Positions 1-12,545 of a stretch of DNA of 64,000 nt are shown here, piece after piece. The number at the start of each line of letters is the position of its first letter. Position 1 is the first letter of the stretch. Below the pieces are notes generated by a model. It saw only the letters and a program-made list of their open reading frames with translations, was not told the origin of the DNA and ran no database searches. Position numbers and translations under genes: made by a program. The stretch is from Felis catus (Eukaryota), in NCBI RefSeq assembly GCF_018350175.1, contig NC_058373.1:100566001-100630000 (forward strand), given 5' to 3'.

Positions 1-1435
1 AAATAGCCAAAGCAATGTTGGAATGGAAGAACAAAACTGGTGTTAACACAATCCCAGATTTCAAGATATAATAAAAGCTGTAGTAATCAAAACAGTACGA
101 TACTGGCAAAAAATTAACACATACATAGGTGAATAGAACAGAAAAGAAAGACCAGAAATAAACCCATGATTATATTGTCAATTAATCTACGGCAAAAGAG
201 GCAAGAATATGCAATGGGAGAAAGTCTCTTCAACAAATGGTGTTGGAAAAACTGGACAGCTACACGCAAAAGAATAAAAGTGGACCACTCTTTTACACTA
301 TACACAAAATTAAAACCCAGAATGGATTAAAGATCTAAATATGAGACCCGAAACCATAAAAATCCTAGCAGAGAGCACAGGTAGTAAAGTAATTTCTCCG
401 ACATTGGTTTTTCTATGTACATCTCCTAAGGCAAGGGAAAGGAAAGTAAAAACAAACTATTGGGACTATACCAAAATAAAAGGCTTCCGCATGGCAAAGG
501 AAACAATCAACAAAACAAAAGACAACCTACTGAACGGGAGAAGATATTTGCAAATGGTATATCTGATAAGGGGTTAGTATCCAAAATCTATAAAGAACTT
601 AGAACTCAACACCAAAAAACCAAATAATCTAATTAAAAAATGAGCAGAGGACATGAACAGACATTTCTCCTAAGACATACAGATGACCAACAGACATATG
701 AAAAGATGCTTGACATCACTAACCAGTAGGGAAATGCAATCAAAACCACCTGCCAGAATGGCTAAAATAAAAGATGCAAGAAACAACAAATGCTGGCGAA
801 GACGCAGAGAAAAATGAACCCCCATGTACTGTTGGTGGGAATGAAAACTGGTATAACTACTGCGGAGAACAGGATGGAGGTTCCTCAAAAAATTAAAAAT
901 AAAATTACCACATGATCCCATAATTCCACTACTGGGGACTTAGCCAAAGAATAAGAAAACACAACCTTGAAAAGATACATGCAGCCCTGTATTTATTGTA
1001 GCATTTTTTTTTTTAACAATAGTCAAGTTATGGAAGCAATCCAAGTGCACTGGTGATAGATAAATGGATAAAGACATCACACACACACACTGGAATATTA
1101 ATCAGCCATAAAAAGGAATGAAATCTTGCCATTTGCAACAATATGGATAGATATGTGAGCATAACGCTAAGTGAAATAAGAGAAAAACAAATACCATATG
1201 ATTTCACTCACATGTGGAATGTTAAGAAACAAAACAATGGAACACAGGAAAAAAGAGACAAACCGAAAAACAAGACTCTTAAATACAGAGAACAAACGGA
1301 TGGATACCAAAGGGGAAGTGGGTGGGGGTATGGGTGAAAGAGGTGAATAGGATTAAGGGTATACTTACTGTGATGAGCTCTGAGTATTGTACAGAACTGT
1401 TGAATCATTATATACCAGAAACTAATATAACATTA
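1..1435 (+). mobile_element. LINE-1 3' portion (degenerate ORF2 C-terminus plus carnivore-type 3' UTR)
   Basis: ORF2-like peptides (RPETIKIL, GSCGNF antisense); 3' UTR motifs ACTCTTAAATACAGAGAACAAAC and GTTGAATCATTATA...AAACTAATATAAC. Confidence 0.92.
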
Positions 1436-2039
1436 CAGGGTACATTAAGGGTGGTGGTGGGTGAGTGAGTATTGAACTTGTGTGCCTCGTTTCTCTTTAA
1501 TCTCTATAGTACCCCTATTTTCTCCTTACATCCTCCTTTCCTCTCACTGTGATGGCTCCAAGGGGCACCATCCTTTATCTCTCCCAGAGCAATGTTTCTC
1601 TGATGCTGCTTGTGGCCTCTCTCTTTCACACACCTTCGCTATAGCTACTGCTATGAATTCCTAAGTCCCAGGCCTGTGTTTGTATCTCCTCAGCTGTGTG
1701 GGGGATATTTTCTTTCTGAAGGTCATTTTGCTTGCATATCATTATAAACCTCTGATTCCTTTCTTCTCTCTTCACTATCTCTTAAGCCTCTCCTTGCCCT
1801 ACTCTCCAGACTCAGAGCTTTGTAGCAGTGACAGAACTATTGTAACTTGTTTCTTTCCATACAAGTAATTTAAAATTCGTGGTATTATCTATGTTATACT
1901 AATGCTGAAGGTGTGAGTTATACATGGGTTATGCGTATGTGTGTGTGTGTGTATGTGTGTGTGTTCCTTTTCAATCTTATGGCTTTTGGGGAGGATGTGT
2001 GGATTTACATATGGACAGTTGTCATGATCTTCCAGACCC

Positions 2040-2230
2040 AAAAGCTCATCTCATTTAATTCTTATAGTAATCTTAAAAGATAACTATAATTACCCAGTTT
2101 TACAAATGAGTAAGCTGAGTCTTATTGAAACTAAAAACTTGCCCAAAGGCACATAGCTAAATATGAGAACCAAGATTCCCACCAGACTTTGACTCCAAAA
2201 TTCATCTAAGCTCTTTCTACTATACAACAC
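2040..2230 (-). mobile_element. MIR SINE
   Basis: Core TTTTACAAATGAG...AACTTGCCCAAAGGCACATAGCTA. Confidence 0.7.
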
Positions 2231-2569
2231 AACCTTCTCAAATAAGAAAAATCCCTTTTCAGCCCTCTTCCCAAGAATTAAAGTCTATTTAGTTGTGTTG
2301 GTAATTTGAAAATAAGTAATTTGGGAGATTTTATATTGACAGCCTATTATGAGACCTACAAACCAGAGCCAACCATGCCTCCCCATAAAAATAACAGAAG
2401 TAAAAAAGCAGAGTGAAAAACAGTAAAACAAGTTTATAGCAAACATCTGCCATCCTAACTCTTTTCCTCTCTGTAGCCTAATAAATCTAAACCTGTATTC
2501 TATTGATAGATGTTTTGGGGGTTTTACCCAAGCTCTAAAAACTACCAGTATGCTACCAAATACTGTATC

Positions 2570-3690
2570 ATCTTTCTGATTCAGGCCTCTGTCTTGAACT
2601 TCAGACGCAAATATTCAAGTGCCAACTAAACATCTCCTAGTAGATGGATCAACATAAAGTGATGGAACACACTAGGTTCCTCATGGAAAACAAAGGGAAC
2701 ACAAACTTGTTCCTCAACATGTATTCCCTATTATAGCAAATGGTGTGCTGACAGTTTTCAGCTGGTCACCCAAGCCAGAACTCTGGGAGTCATCCAAGAT
2801 GACTCTTCCTCAAGTGCTTTTTATAAATGGACATTAATCACCATTTATTGTATCTCCTAAATCACCCTCAAATTCATCCCATATTCATCGGGCCCACAGT
2901 CTATGTCCATACTCTTATCATTTCTACTCATTTTAGGAACTTCCTATCTAAAGCAGTATCCCTAGCTTCAACTCTCATCACCACTACCAAAAGACTGCTC
3001 ACAAGTATAGGTTATACACACACACATACATTCACAAATTCTGCTAACTTACTCTCTTCTTTTTAGAAACTCAATCCATCTTTTACAGAGTTGCCAGAGA
3101 ACTTTTCTAAAATACCACAAATCATATTATTCCAATGCTTAAATTCTTTAATGGCTCCTCACTGCCTACCAAATGAATTCTGAGCTCCTTAGAAGGATTT
3201 ATAAACTCATGATCTTTCCTTGTCTATCTCCTCACATAACTGATGCTACATCAAGTATTTACTTATCTAAATAATATCTGAATGTCTACCATAAAACAGG
3301 CTCTGGGATGTGCTCCAGTGATACGTAAGATAATGTTGTTGGTCCCTGTGCTTTCCACATCAACAAGGACAGTTCCTTGAATGTGTGATGCTGAGTTCTA
3401 CTTCTGTATCCTGCACATGCTGTTCCTTCTACCTGGGATGCTCTTCCCCATTTTCTTCATTTAGCTAACTTTCATCCTTATCTCCATCAGGAAGCCTTTG
3501 GTTACCTCCTCTTCTCTAATTAACTCTGTGCACATTTATCAGTGTTCATGTTATTGTATTGTAACTGCTTAGCCTTCCTCATTTCCACGGGATCCTTGAA
3601 TGTAGATACTGTGTCCTTAGGTGCTTCCAAAATCCAAAAGATCAGAGCACCTACAATAAAGTAAGATTTCAGTAAAGATATGCTGAATGT
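2570..3690 (+). mobile_element. L2 LINE 3' region, degenerate
   Basis: TCTTGAACTTCAGAC...CAACTAAACATCTCC and CACATGCTGTTCCTTCTACCTGGGATGCTCTTCCCC are typical L2 motifs. Confidence 0.7.
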
Positions 3691-3855
3691 TGCTGAACAA
3701 GACATATTTCACTCAGCTTACCCCACTATCTAGCAAGTTTGGTAGACCGAGCACTTTTGTTCGTGCTCCAAATTGGTCGTTAGTTTGAGCAGTACTTGCC
3801 TATTTATTTAGTTGGTTTATGCTGTCGTCTGTCAGCCATTAACATTCTATTTTCT

Positions 3856-4019
3856 TTTCTATTTTTTGCGAGAGAGGGACAGAGAGAGAAACTTAAGCAG
3901 GCTCCATACCCAGCACAGAGTCTGACGTACAGCTCGATCTCATGATCGTGAGATCATAACCGGAGCAGAAATCAAGAGTTGGACATTTATGTTTAACCAA
4001 CTGAGCCACCCAGGTGCCC
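3856..4019 (-). mobile_element. CanSINE
   Basis: Antisense tRNA-derived head (CTGAGCCACCCAGGTGCCC); 15-bp TSD AACATTCTATTTTCT at 3841 and 4021. Confidence 0.92.
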
Positions 4020-4109
4020 AAACATTCTATTTTCTAATAATTATATCATTCAGAGGAAAGAGTTTGACTATTTTCCGAGAATAAAAGAACTGGGATTTTT
4101 TGGGGGTGA

Positions 4110-4425
4110 ACATTTTGTTGAAGAATTATATACATATACAAAGGTGTGCTAATCATATGCATTATACCTCAATGGCTTTATACAAGTTAACAACACTCAC
4201 ATCAAGAAAGAAAAGATTATCAGCATTTCAGAAGCCTCCTCTTGTATCTCCTTTCCAGGTGCTACACCTCACCTCTCACTAAGGGTAAACAGAATTCTAA
4301 CCTCTAGCATAACAAATGAGTTTTACTTTTTAGTAGTTTATATAACAGAATCATGTAGTATGTGCTCTGCTATTTAGTTTCTTTGGTTCAACATTATATT
4401 AGTGAGAGTCATCCATTATAGACTA
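4110..4425 (-). mobile_element. Old L1 (L1M-type) 3' fragment
   Basis: Resembles antisense L1M 3' end (…AGAATCATGTAGTATGTGCTC…CAACATTAT…GAGAGTCATCCAT). Confidence 0.6.
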
Positions 4426-4994
4426 GATTATGTGTATGGTTAAAGTACTTGCCAGATATTAGCAAGTGAGTATTTAGATAGCTGTGAGCTATGCTCTTAG
4501 GCTAGCTTCTTCTACTATTAAAATTATTCCAAATAGCATGGAGACATCAGCCAAAAAAAAAAATCCCTAATTATATATGGTAAAAGAAAGTAAATCATCA
4601 AATCAGTATTGGATCTCCTTAGGGACCAAGCTCTAATGTAGGGAAATAACCCTAAATGGGCCTTTAGTCATATAAATGAAGAACTCTCTTTTTTGGACTG
4701 GAGAGGATAGTCCCTGCCTCTCTGATATGGACATACTTTTCATCCTGCCTGAGGTTCAAAATACCACATACCAGGCTGCCCTCATGCCTGGATATCTTCC
4801 TAACCCCACTTGTGCTCTGACATCCCACAATAAGCCATGATCCCTGTGGCTGCCCTCCTCACCCCAGCTGGCCCCCAATATCCCATGCTAGCCTGCTTCT
4901 CACGTGGACATCTCTTCGCTCAACTTGGGCTGTGACATCCCAAGCCTGGCTGTCCGTATTGCACCAAAGCAGGAAAAGAAAGAAGGGCTAGTGT

Positions 4995-5228
4995 ACTGGT
5001 TCTCATTCTGGGACAATTTCCCCCCAAGGAGACATTTGGCAATGTTTGAAAACATTTTTGATAGAAACAACTGGGGGGGTGGGACGATGTTGCTGGCATC
5101 TAGGCCAAAGATGTTGCCAAACCTCCTACAATGCACAGAACAGTTCCCTTGACCTCACACCACCCTGCCCAACAACGATAAATTATCTGGCCCCAAATGT
5201 CAACAGTGCTGAGGTTGACAAACTCTGG
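4995..5228 (+). mobile_element. MER20 (hAT-Charlie non-autonomous DNA transposon)
   Basis: GGAGACATTTGGCAATGT...CCTACAATGCACAG...AAATGTCAACAGTGCTGAGGTTGACAAACTCTG matches the recalled MER20 consensus end to end. Confidence 0.88.
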
Positions 5229-5804
5229 GATAGCAGCACCTTTTAAAACCTAAAATATGGGTATCTTCTTACTGAGCAATTCCAGAAATATATTTTATAG
5301 AAGAAAACTCTTGCAATAATGTCTGAAGATACAGTTAAAGATATTTACCTCAATGTTGTAACAGTAAACAAAAGAATAAAAACAAAATGACCTAAATTTC
5401 TACCACTAGAGGATCAGACATACAAATGTTGCTTGACATATGGTAGGTATTAAAAATATTCATTAAATAAATCAAAATATGAATGAATGGATAATATACC
5501 CATAGTGAAATAATGTTCAGAAGAAGTAGGTCTATATTTAATGACATGGAATAATGTCTAGAATAAGAATTAAAAAATGAAATCATAGTACTACACGTAT
5601 GTATATTTTTGTATGTGCATATATGTGTATAAATAGTGTAATCCTGTTTTTTTTAAATATATACATTAGTATATATACTGCAAATAAGTGGAGAAAAATA
5701 TACTAAGCTGTTACTAACAAATATCTCTGGGAGGCAGGAATATAAAGGAAATTTTTATTTCTACATTATAAATGTCTATAATTGTTTGGCATTTTTACAA
5801 TATA

Positions 5805-6439
5805 CAGTAAAACCTTGGTTTGTGAGCATAATTCATTCTGGAAACATGCTTGTAATCCAAAGCACTGTATATCAAAGTGAAATTTCCTCATAAGAAATAA
5901 TGGAAACCCAGATGATTTATTCCACAACCCAAAAATATTCATATAAAAATGATTACAATATTGTAATATAGCACAAAATAATAAAGAAAATACACAATAT
6001 AAAGAAAAATAAACAAATTAACCTACACTTACCTTTGAAAACCTTCATGGCTGGTGTGAGGGAGACAAGAGAGAGGACGGTTATTATGTAGGACGACTTT
6101 CACTATCACTAACGGAATCACTGCTATCTACTGGCTCAACGGAATCTTTCTTTTCATGCAACTTTAACAAGGAACCTATCCAATGACCTAGAATGAAGCA
6201 AAGCATTCCTAAGCTTACTCTTGTATGGAAAAGCAAAGGACTGCCCATAGGTGCTTTGAAGTGACAAAAAAATACACTAGTGCCAGTTGTGGGCACCTTC
6301 CAACGTTCTGAAAAATCACTGATTTCTGCCAAACACCGTGGCCTGAGACTGAGAGCATCTGAGTATGGGAGAGGATCACCCACAGTGGGGGGTGGGGGGG
6401 GGGGAGGGGGAGAGGGAGAGGGAGAGAGAGAGGGAGAGG

Positions 6440-6472
<33 letters not shown>

Positions 6473-6629
6473 GAACCATTGGCTCAGCTGTGATCATGTG
6501 ATGTTCAGCATCCCATACCACTCGTATTGCAAGACATCACTCATTTATCAAGTTAAAATTTATTAGAAATGTTTGCTTATCTTGTGGAACACTTGCAGAA
6601 CAAGTTACTCGCAATCTAAGGTTTTACTC
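5805..6629 (-). mobile_element. Non-autonomous Tc1/mariner (Tigger/pogo-like) DNA transposon
   Basis: TIRs CAGTAAAACCTTGGTTTGTGAG (5805) and CTCGCAATCTAAGGTTTTACTC (to 6629), 18/22 match; TA on both sides; minus strand encodes SLDRFLVKVA followed, after a frameshift, by an acidic tail resembling a pogo transposase C-terminus. Confidence 0.85.
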
Positions 6630-6653
6630 TAAATGTTTTAGTTTTATATTCAG

Positions 6654-7024
6654 TGTGATGGTTAATCCTATGTATCAACTTAACTGGGCCACAGGGTACC
6701 CCAGATATTTGGTCAAACATTCTGGGTGTTTCTGCAGGAGTGTTTTTGAATGAGGTTAACATGTAAATCAACAGACTGAGTAAGGCAGATTGCCCTCCAT
6801 AATGTGGGTGGGCCCCATCTGATCAGATGAAGGCCTGAATAAACAAAAGGGTTACCTTCCCTCAAATAAGAGGGAATTCTGCCTGATGGACTTTAAACTG
6901 GAACATTAAGCTCTTCCTGGTTGATGGCCTTTGAACAGGGACACTGGCTCTGCAAACTTGCCAGCCTCTCTAATTTTGTGAGCCAATTCCTTGTAATCTC
7001 TTTGTTTTTGGAGAACCCCAATAC
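6654..7024. mobile_element. MLT2-family ERVL LTR
   Basis: TGTGATGGTTAAT...TCAACTTAACTGGGCCACAGGGTACCC...GCAGATTGCCCTCCATAATGTGGGTGGGCC. Confidence 0.85.
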
Positions 7025-7316
7025 CTTCAGGAAAAAGAAACTGCTAGATGACCACCATATTTCTACTCTCCTCGTATTCCTTATAACAGAATACCAATTT
7101 ATTCAGGGTAGCAATATACTCAGTTAAAGGACTATTTCTAGTCTACTTGTGCATCTAGGTTCAGTCATGTGACTGAATTTGGGTAACAGGATATATTGCA
7201 AATTATTGGTGGTACAGCTCTTTGACTTTTACCTCTTTTTTTTCTGCCACCTATATGTCTTGAGCTCTTGGAGATCTCTTGGATCAAGTCATTTACTATA
7301 ATATTGTGATTCAGAA

Positions 7317-7737
7317 TGTTAAACAGAAAACCACAGGCCCAAGATGGAGTCACTCATACCAGACCAAGTCACCAAACTGGCTTAATACCTAACTTAATGC
7401 AGTTCCAATCTCCCCCAGAAATGCAGTGTTGTCATTCAGAAATTTCCTCTTCAGAAAAAATGATGGAATCTGTCTCTTGGGCCCTCTCCATCCCCCAAAG
7501 GAAGATGAGATAATCCCACCTACCAAATGAGATCCTTGCCCTTTCCTCTAGGGGAAGCGGACCAAGCCTGAAATTAACTCTTTTCTTTGGCTAATAATGT
7601 CTTGCCCCACACTCCTTCCTTATAAAAACCTTCCATTTTGTACAACTCCTGGGATGTTGCTGCCTGATTCACGAATCACTTAATAAAACCAATTATATCT
7701 TCAAATTTACCCAGCTGACTTTTGTTTTTTGTTAATA
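7317..7737 (+). mobile_element. Solo ERV1-type LTR nested in the MER21 5' end
   Basis: Begins TGTTAAAC, has CAAGATGGAGTCAC, TATAAAA ~7622 and AATAAA ~7682; splits the MER21 start. Confidence 0.65.
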
Positions 7738-8017
7738 ATAAGAAATACATATTTGGTCTTTGTCCTTGTTTCTGGCACAGAGCTCCTAAAACCCTTGGAA
7801 TTTCATGAGGAAGATAAAGGTATCTTTTCTTATGTTCATGAGGTGGCTTTTGGAATGTCCCTAGATCACCTAAAGATGGGCTGGTCACCAGAGTTGGAAT
7901 TTTCAGGGCCACCCCCTCACCTCCTTGGAAAGGGGCTGGAGGTTGAATCAATCACCAAAGGCCAGTGATTTAATCAGTCATACCTACGTAATAGAGTCTA
8001 CATAAAAAGCCAAAAGG

Positions 8018-8226
8018 AGGGGTGTCTGGGTGGCTCAAAAGGTTGACTCTTGATTTTGGCTCAGGTCATGATCTCTCAGTTCGTGGGTTCAAGCCCTGCG
8101 TCAAGCTCTGCTCTGACAGACAGCCTGGAGCTGCTTGGGAATCTCTCCTTCTCTTTCTGCTCCTCCCCCAGCCTGCACATGTGCTTTCAATCTCTTTCTC
8201 TCAAAATAAATAAACTTTAAAAAATA
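8018..8226 (+). mobile_element. CanSINE within MER21
   Basis: GGGGTGTCTGGGTGGCTCA head, (CT)n region, A-rich tail; approximate TSD AAA(G)CCAAAAGGA. Confidence 0.9.
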
Positions 8227-8963
8227 AACCAAAAAGGATAGGGTTTGGAGAGCTTCCGGATTGGTGAACATGTGGACTTGTGGTAAGAATGGTGCACTGA
8301 GAGCATAGAAACTCTGCATCCCTTCCCACCTAACTTGCCCTATGAATCTTTTCCATTTGGTTGTTCAAAAAGTTATACACTTTTGCTATAAACTAATAAC
8401 TATAAACAGTATAAACAAAACAAATAACTGTAATAAACTAACTATTGGACAGTAAGTAGAACATTTCTCTCAGTTCTGTGAGTCCTCTAGCAAATTAATC
8501 AAACCCAAGCCGGGGGTCATGGAAACCTCTGATTAATAGCTAGTCAGTGAGTACAGGTAACAATCTGGGCTTGTGGCTGGCTTCTGAAGGGGAGCTGGGA
8601 GAGGAGACAGTCTTGTATGACTTAGCTCTTAACCTGTGGGTTTTGATACTATCTCTGGGAAGATAGTGTCAGAACTGAGTTTAACTATAGAACAACCACA
8701 GGTAGCATCCCTGCAGAATTGCTTGGAATCTCCCCCTTCTCCCCCCACCAGACCACCACACATGCACACACACACTTGGAACTGGCTCCAGGAGCCTAGG
8801 ACAGAAAGCTGAATAACAACAGAAGGAGCCTCTGTCCCTGATTACAGTGCAACTACCACACAGCCCTGAACTGTAGACATTCACACTTCTTTTAGGTGGA
8901 AAGCAATAAACCTTTTTGTGTTTAAGCCACTTTTACTTTGGCTTTTTAAAAATCACACACAGC

Positions 8964-9172
8964 AGGGCACTTGAGTGGCTCAGTTAAGAGTCTGACTCTT
9001 GATCTCGGCTCAGGTCATGATCTCAAGGTCTGTGAGCTGGAACTACTCGTTTGGCTCTGCACTGACAGCACAGAGCCAGATTGGGATTCTTGCTTTCTGC
9101 CCCTCTCCCACTCATGCTCATGGCACTCATTCTCTCAAAAATACATGAATAAATGTTTAAAAAAAAAGTAAA
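8964..9172 (+). mobile_element. CanSINE (older)
   Basis: GGGCACTTGAGTGGCTCAGTT head and A tail. Confidence 0.88.
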
Positions 9173-9533
9173 TAACAGAATCTCATGGTGACATGGACTT
9201 GCACAGATATATATTTAAAATGTCACCTTACTTTGTAGTTATAGAATGGTGAGATCTGGATACGTCTATTAAACAGACTATGTGGTTAGGGACCAGAGAA
9301 AAACTTTTCACAGGATAATGCATGTAAAGAATATGTTATAACTAACTTAGCAAAGTATTACCTTTTCATTTATAACATCACTCACTGAAAGCCATTTTAA
9401 ACTTAATATAATTAAGACTAATACTTGTAATTACTACCTGCCTATCAGAAAATAGGAAGTGATTATCCAAATTATAACTTTTACGCAAAAAAGAAAGGCC
9501 TTTACTAGAATCATGTCCACTGCAGCATTATTT

Positions 9534-9758
9534 TTTTAAATTTTTTTTTTTTTGTCAACGTTTATTTATTTTTGGGACAGAGAGAGACAGAGCATGAACG
9601 GGGGAGGGGCAGAGAGAGAGGGAGACACAGAATCGGAAACAGGCTCCAGGCTCTGAGCCATCAGCCCAGAGCCTGACGCGGGGCTCGAACTCACGGACCG
9701 CGAGATCGTGACCTGGCTGAAGTCGGACGCTTAACCGACTGCGCCACCCAGGCGCCCC
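9534..9758 (-). mobile_element. Young felid CanSINE (SINEC_Fc-type)
   Basis: CpGs intact; TSD ACTGCAGCATTATTT at 9519 and 9760; inserted into an L1 fragment. Confidence 0.96.
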
Positions 9759-10194
9759 AACTGCAGCATTATTTACAATAGCCAAGATATGGAAGATATG
9801 GAAGCAACCTAAGTGACCATCAAAGGATACATGACTAAGGAAGATGTGAGATCGATCTCTCCCCCCCCTCACCATACACAATGGAATACTATTCAGCATA
9901 AAAAAGATGAAATCTTGCCATTTGGGTCAACATGGATGGACCTTGAGGGCATTATGCTAAGTGAAATAAGTCATACAGAGAAAGACCAATACTGCACGAC
10001 CTTACTTATATGTGGAATTAAAACAAAAACAAAGCAAGCTCATAGACGCAGAGAACAGACTGATGGTTGCCAGAGGTGGGGAGTGGGTGAAATGGATGAA
10101 GGGAGTCAAAAGGTACAAACTTCTAGTTATAAAATAAATAAGTTATGAGGATGTACTGTACAGCATGGTGACTGTAGTTAATAATATTATTGTA

Positions 10195-12545
10195 CCAAAC
10201 ACCTTGTTTTATTGTGCTTCACAGATACTACATTTTCTTCACAGTTTGAAGATCTGCAGCAACCCTATGCCGAGCAAGTCTATCGGTGCTATTCTTCTAA
10301 CTCCATTTGTTCACTTTGCGTCTCTGTGTCAAATTTTGGTAATTACTGCACTATTTCAAACTTTCTTATTATTTCTCATTATTATTATTATTTCTCATCA
10401 TTATCCTGTTTGTTATGGTGATCTGTGATCAGTGATCTTTGATGTTACCACTGTAATTGTTTTAGGACACCATTGAGTGCACCCATATAAGAAGGCAAAC
10501 TTAATTGATAAATGTGTGTCTGACTGCTCCACAGATGGCCCATTACCCATCTCTCTCCCTCTCCTCAGGTCTTCCTATTCCCGGAGATACAATAATATTG
10601 AAATTAGAACAATTAAGAGCCCCACAATGGCTTCTAAATGCTCAAGTGAAAGGAGGAGTTGCACATGTCCCACTTTACATCAAAAGCTAGAAATGATTAA
10701 GCTTTAGTGAGGAAGGCCTGTTGAAAGCTGAGATGGGCCAAAAGCTAGGCCTCTTGTGCCACACAGTTAGCCAAGTTGTAAATGCAAAGGAAAAGTTCCT
10801 GAAGGAAATTAAAAGAGCTACTCCAGTGAACATATGAATGGTGAGGAAGAAAAACAGCCTTATTGCTGCTATGAGCAGTTTTAGTGGTCTGGATAGAAGA
10901 TCAAACTACCCGCGACATTCCCTTAAACCAAAGCCTAATCCAGAGCAAGGTCCTTACTCTCTTCAATTCTACGAAGGATGACGGAGGTGAGGAAGCTGCA
11001 GAAAAGTCTGAAGGAGCAGAGGTTGGTTCATGAGGTTTAGGGAAAGAAGCTGTCTCTATAACATAAAAATATAAAGTGAAGCAGCAAGTGCCGATGTAGA
11101 AGCTGCAGCAAGTTACCCAGAAGATGTAGCCAAGATAATTAGTGAAGGTGGTTATACTAAACAGATTTTCAATGTAAAGTAACAGCCTTCTGCTGGAAGA
11201 AGACGTCATCTAGGACATTCTCTTGCTAGAGGCTAATGCAGTTGGTGACTCTGAATTGAAGTAAATGCTCATTTACCATTCTGAAAATCCTAGGGCCCTT
11301 AATAATAATGCTAACCCTTCTCTGCCTATACTCCATAAGTGGAACAACAAAGCTTGGATGACAGCACATCTGTTTATAACACGGTTCACAGGATATTTTA
11401 AGCCCACTGTTGAGACCTACTGCTCAGAAAAAAAAAAAAAAAAAAAGATTCCTTTCAAAATATTACTGCTCGTTGAAAAGGCACCTGGTCACTCAAGAGC
11501 TCTGATGCGGATGTATAACAAAATTAACACTGTTTTCATGGCTGCTAACACAACATCCATTCTGATCAGTCTACGGATCAAAAAATATATATAAATTTTT
11601 AAATCTTATTATTTAAGAAATATGTTTAACAAGGCTACAGCTGCTATGGTTAGTGATTCTTCCGATGGATGTGGGCAAAGTCAAAAGAAAATCTGCTGGA
11701 AAGAAGTCACCATTCTAGGTGCCACTGAGAACATCGTGATTCATGGGAAAAGGTAAAAATATCAACATGAACAGGAGTTTCGAAGCAGTTGATTTCAACC
11801 CTCAAGGATGACTTTGAGGGTTCAAGACTTCAATGGAGGAAAGCACTGCACATGTGGTAGAAACAGCCAGACACGCAGAATTAGAACTGGAGCCCGGAGA
11901 TGGGACTGAACCGCTGCAATCTCGGGATAAAACCTGAATGGACAAGGAGCTGCTTCTTACAGATGAGCAAAGAAAGTGGTTTCAAAATGGAATCTCCTCA
12001 GGGTGAAGATGCCTATGAAGACTGTGGAAATGACAACAAAGGATCTAGAATACAACATAAGCTTAGTTGATAGGGCAGCAGGACTGTTTGAGAGGACAGA
12101 CTCCAATTTTGAAAGAAGTTCTACGGTGGTTAAGATGCTATCAGATAGCACTGCATGCTGCACGGAAACTGTCTGTGAAAGGAAGAGTGATGGACACAGA
12201 AAACTTCATTGTTGTTTTAGGTTAAGAAACCACCACAGACACCCCAACCTTCAACAACCACCATCCTGATTAGTCAGCAGCCATCAGTATTGAGACAAGA
12301 TCCCCCCCCCCACATTAGCAAAAAGATCACGATTCACTAAAGCTCAGATGATGGTGACCATTTTTTAGCCATATTTAAAATTAAGTTATGTACGGTTTTT
12401 TTAAGACATAATGCTATTGCACACTTGACAGAATACAGTATTAGTGTAAAGACAACTTTTATATGCACTGGGAAATGTAAAAATTCATTTGACTTGCTTT
12501 ACTATGATATTTGCTTTATTGTGGTGGAGGAACTGAACTGACCTG
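10195..12545 (+). mobile_element. Near-full-length Tigger1 DNA transposon with decayed transposase
   Basis: MASKCSSERRS at 10627; further peptides [43 protein letters not shown]; ends ...CCTG|TA; TA at both flanks; many stops and frameshifts. Confidence 0.95.

Larger units (their letters stand above)
7293..8790. mobile_element. MER21-family LTR (interrupted by an LTR and a SINE)
   Basis: ATAAGAAATACATATTTGGTCTTTGTCC...CTGGCACAGAGCTCCTAAAACCCTTGGAATTTC and GAGAGCTTCCGGATTGGTGAACA are MER21 hallmarks. Confidence 0.8.

Noticed and set aside
6084..6521. 145-aa minus-strand ORF as a stand-alone gene
   Set aside because: Lies inside a transposon relic and its length is inflated by a (CT)n/C-run; only the splice-site-bounded part is kept as a finding.
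10477..12269. Transposase-like ORFs as a TIGD1-like gene
   Set aside because: Broken by multiple stops, frameshifts and a deletion; a decayed Tigger1.
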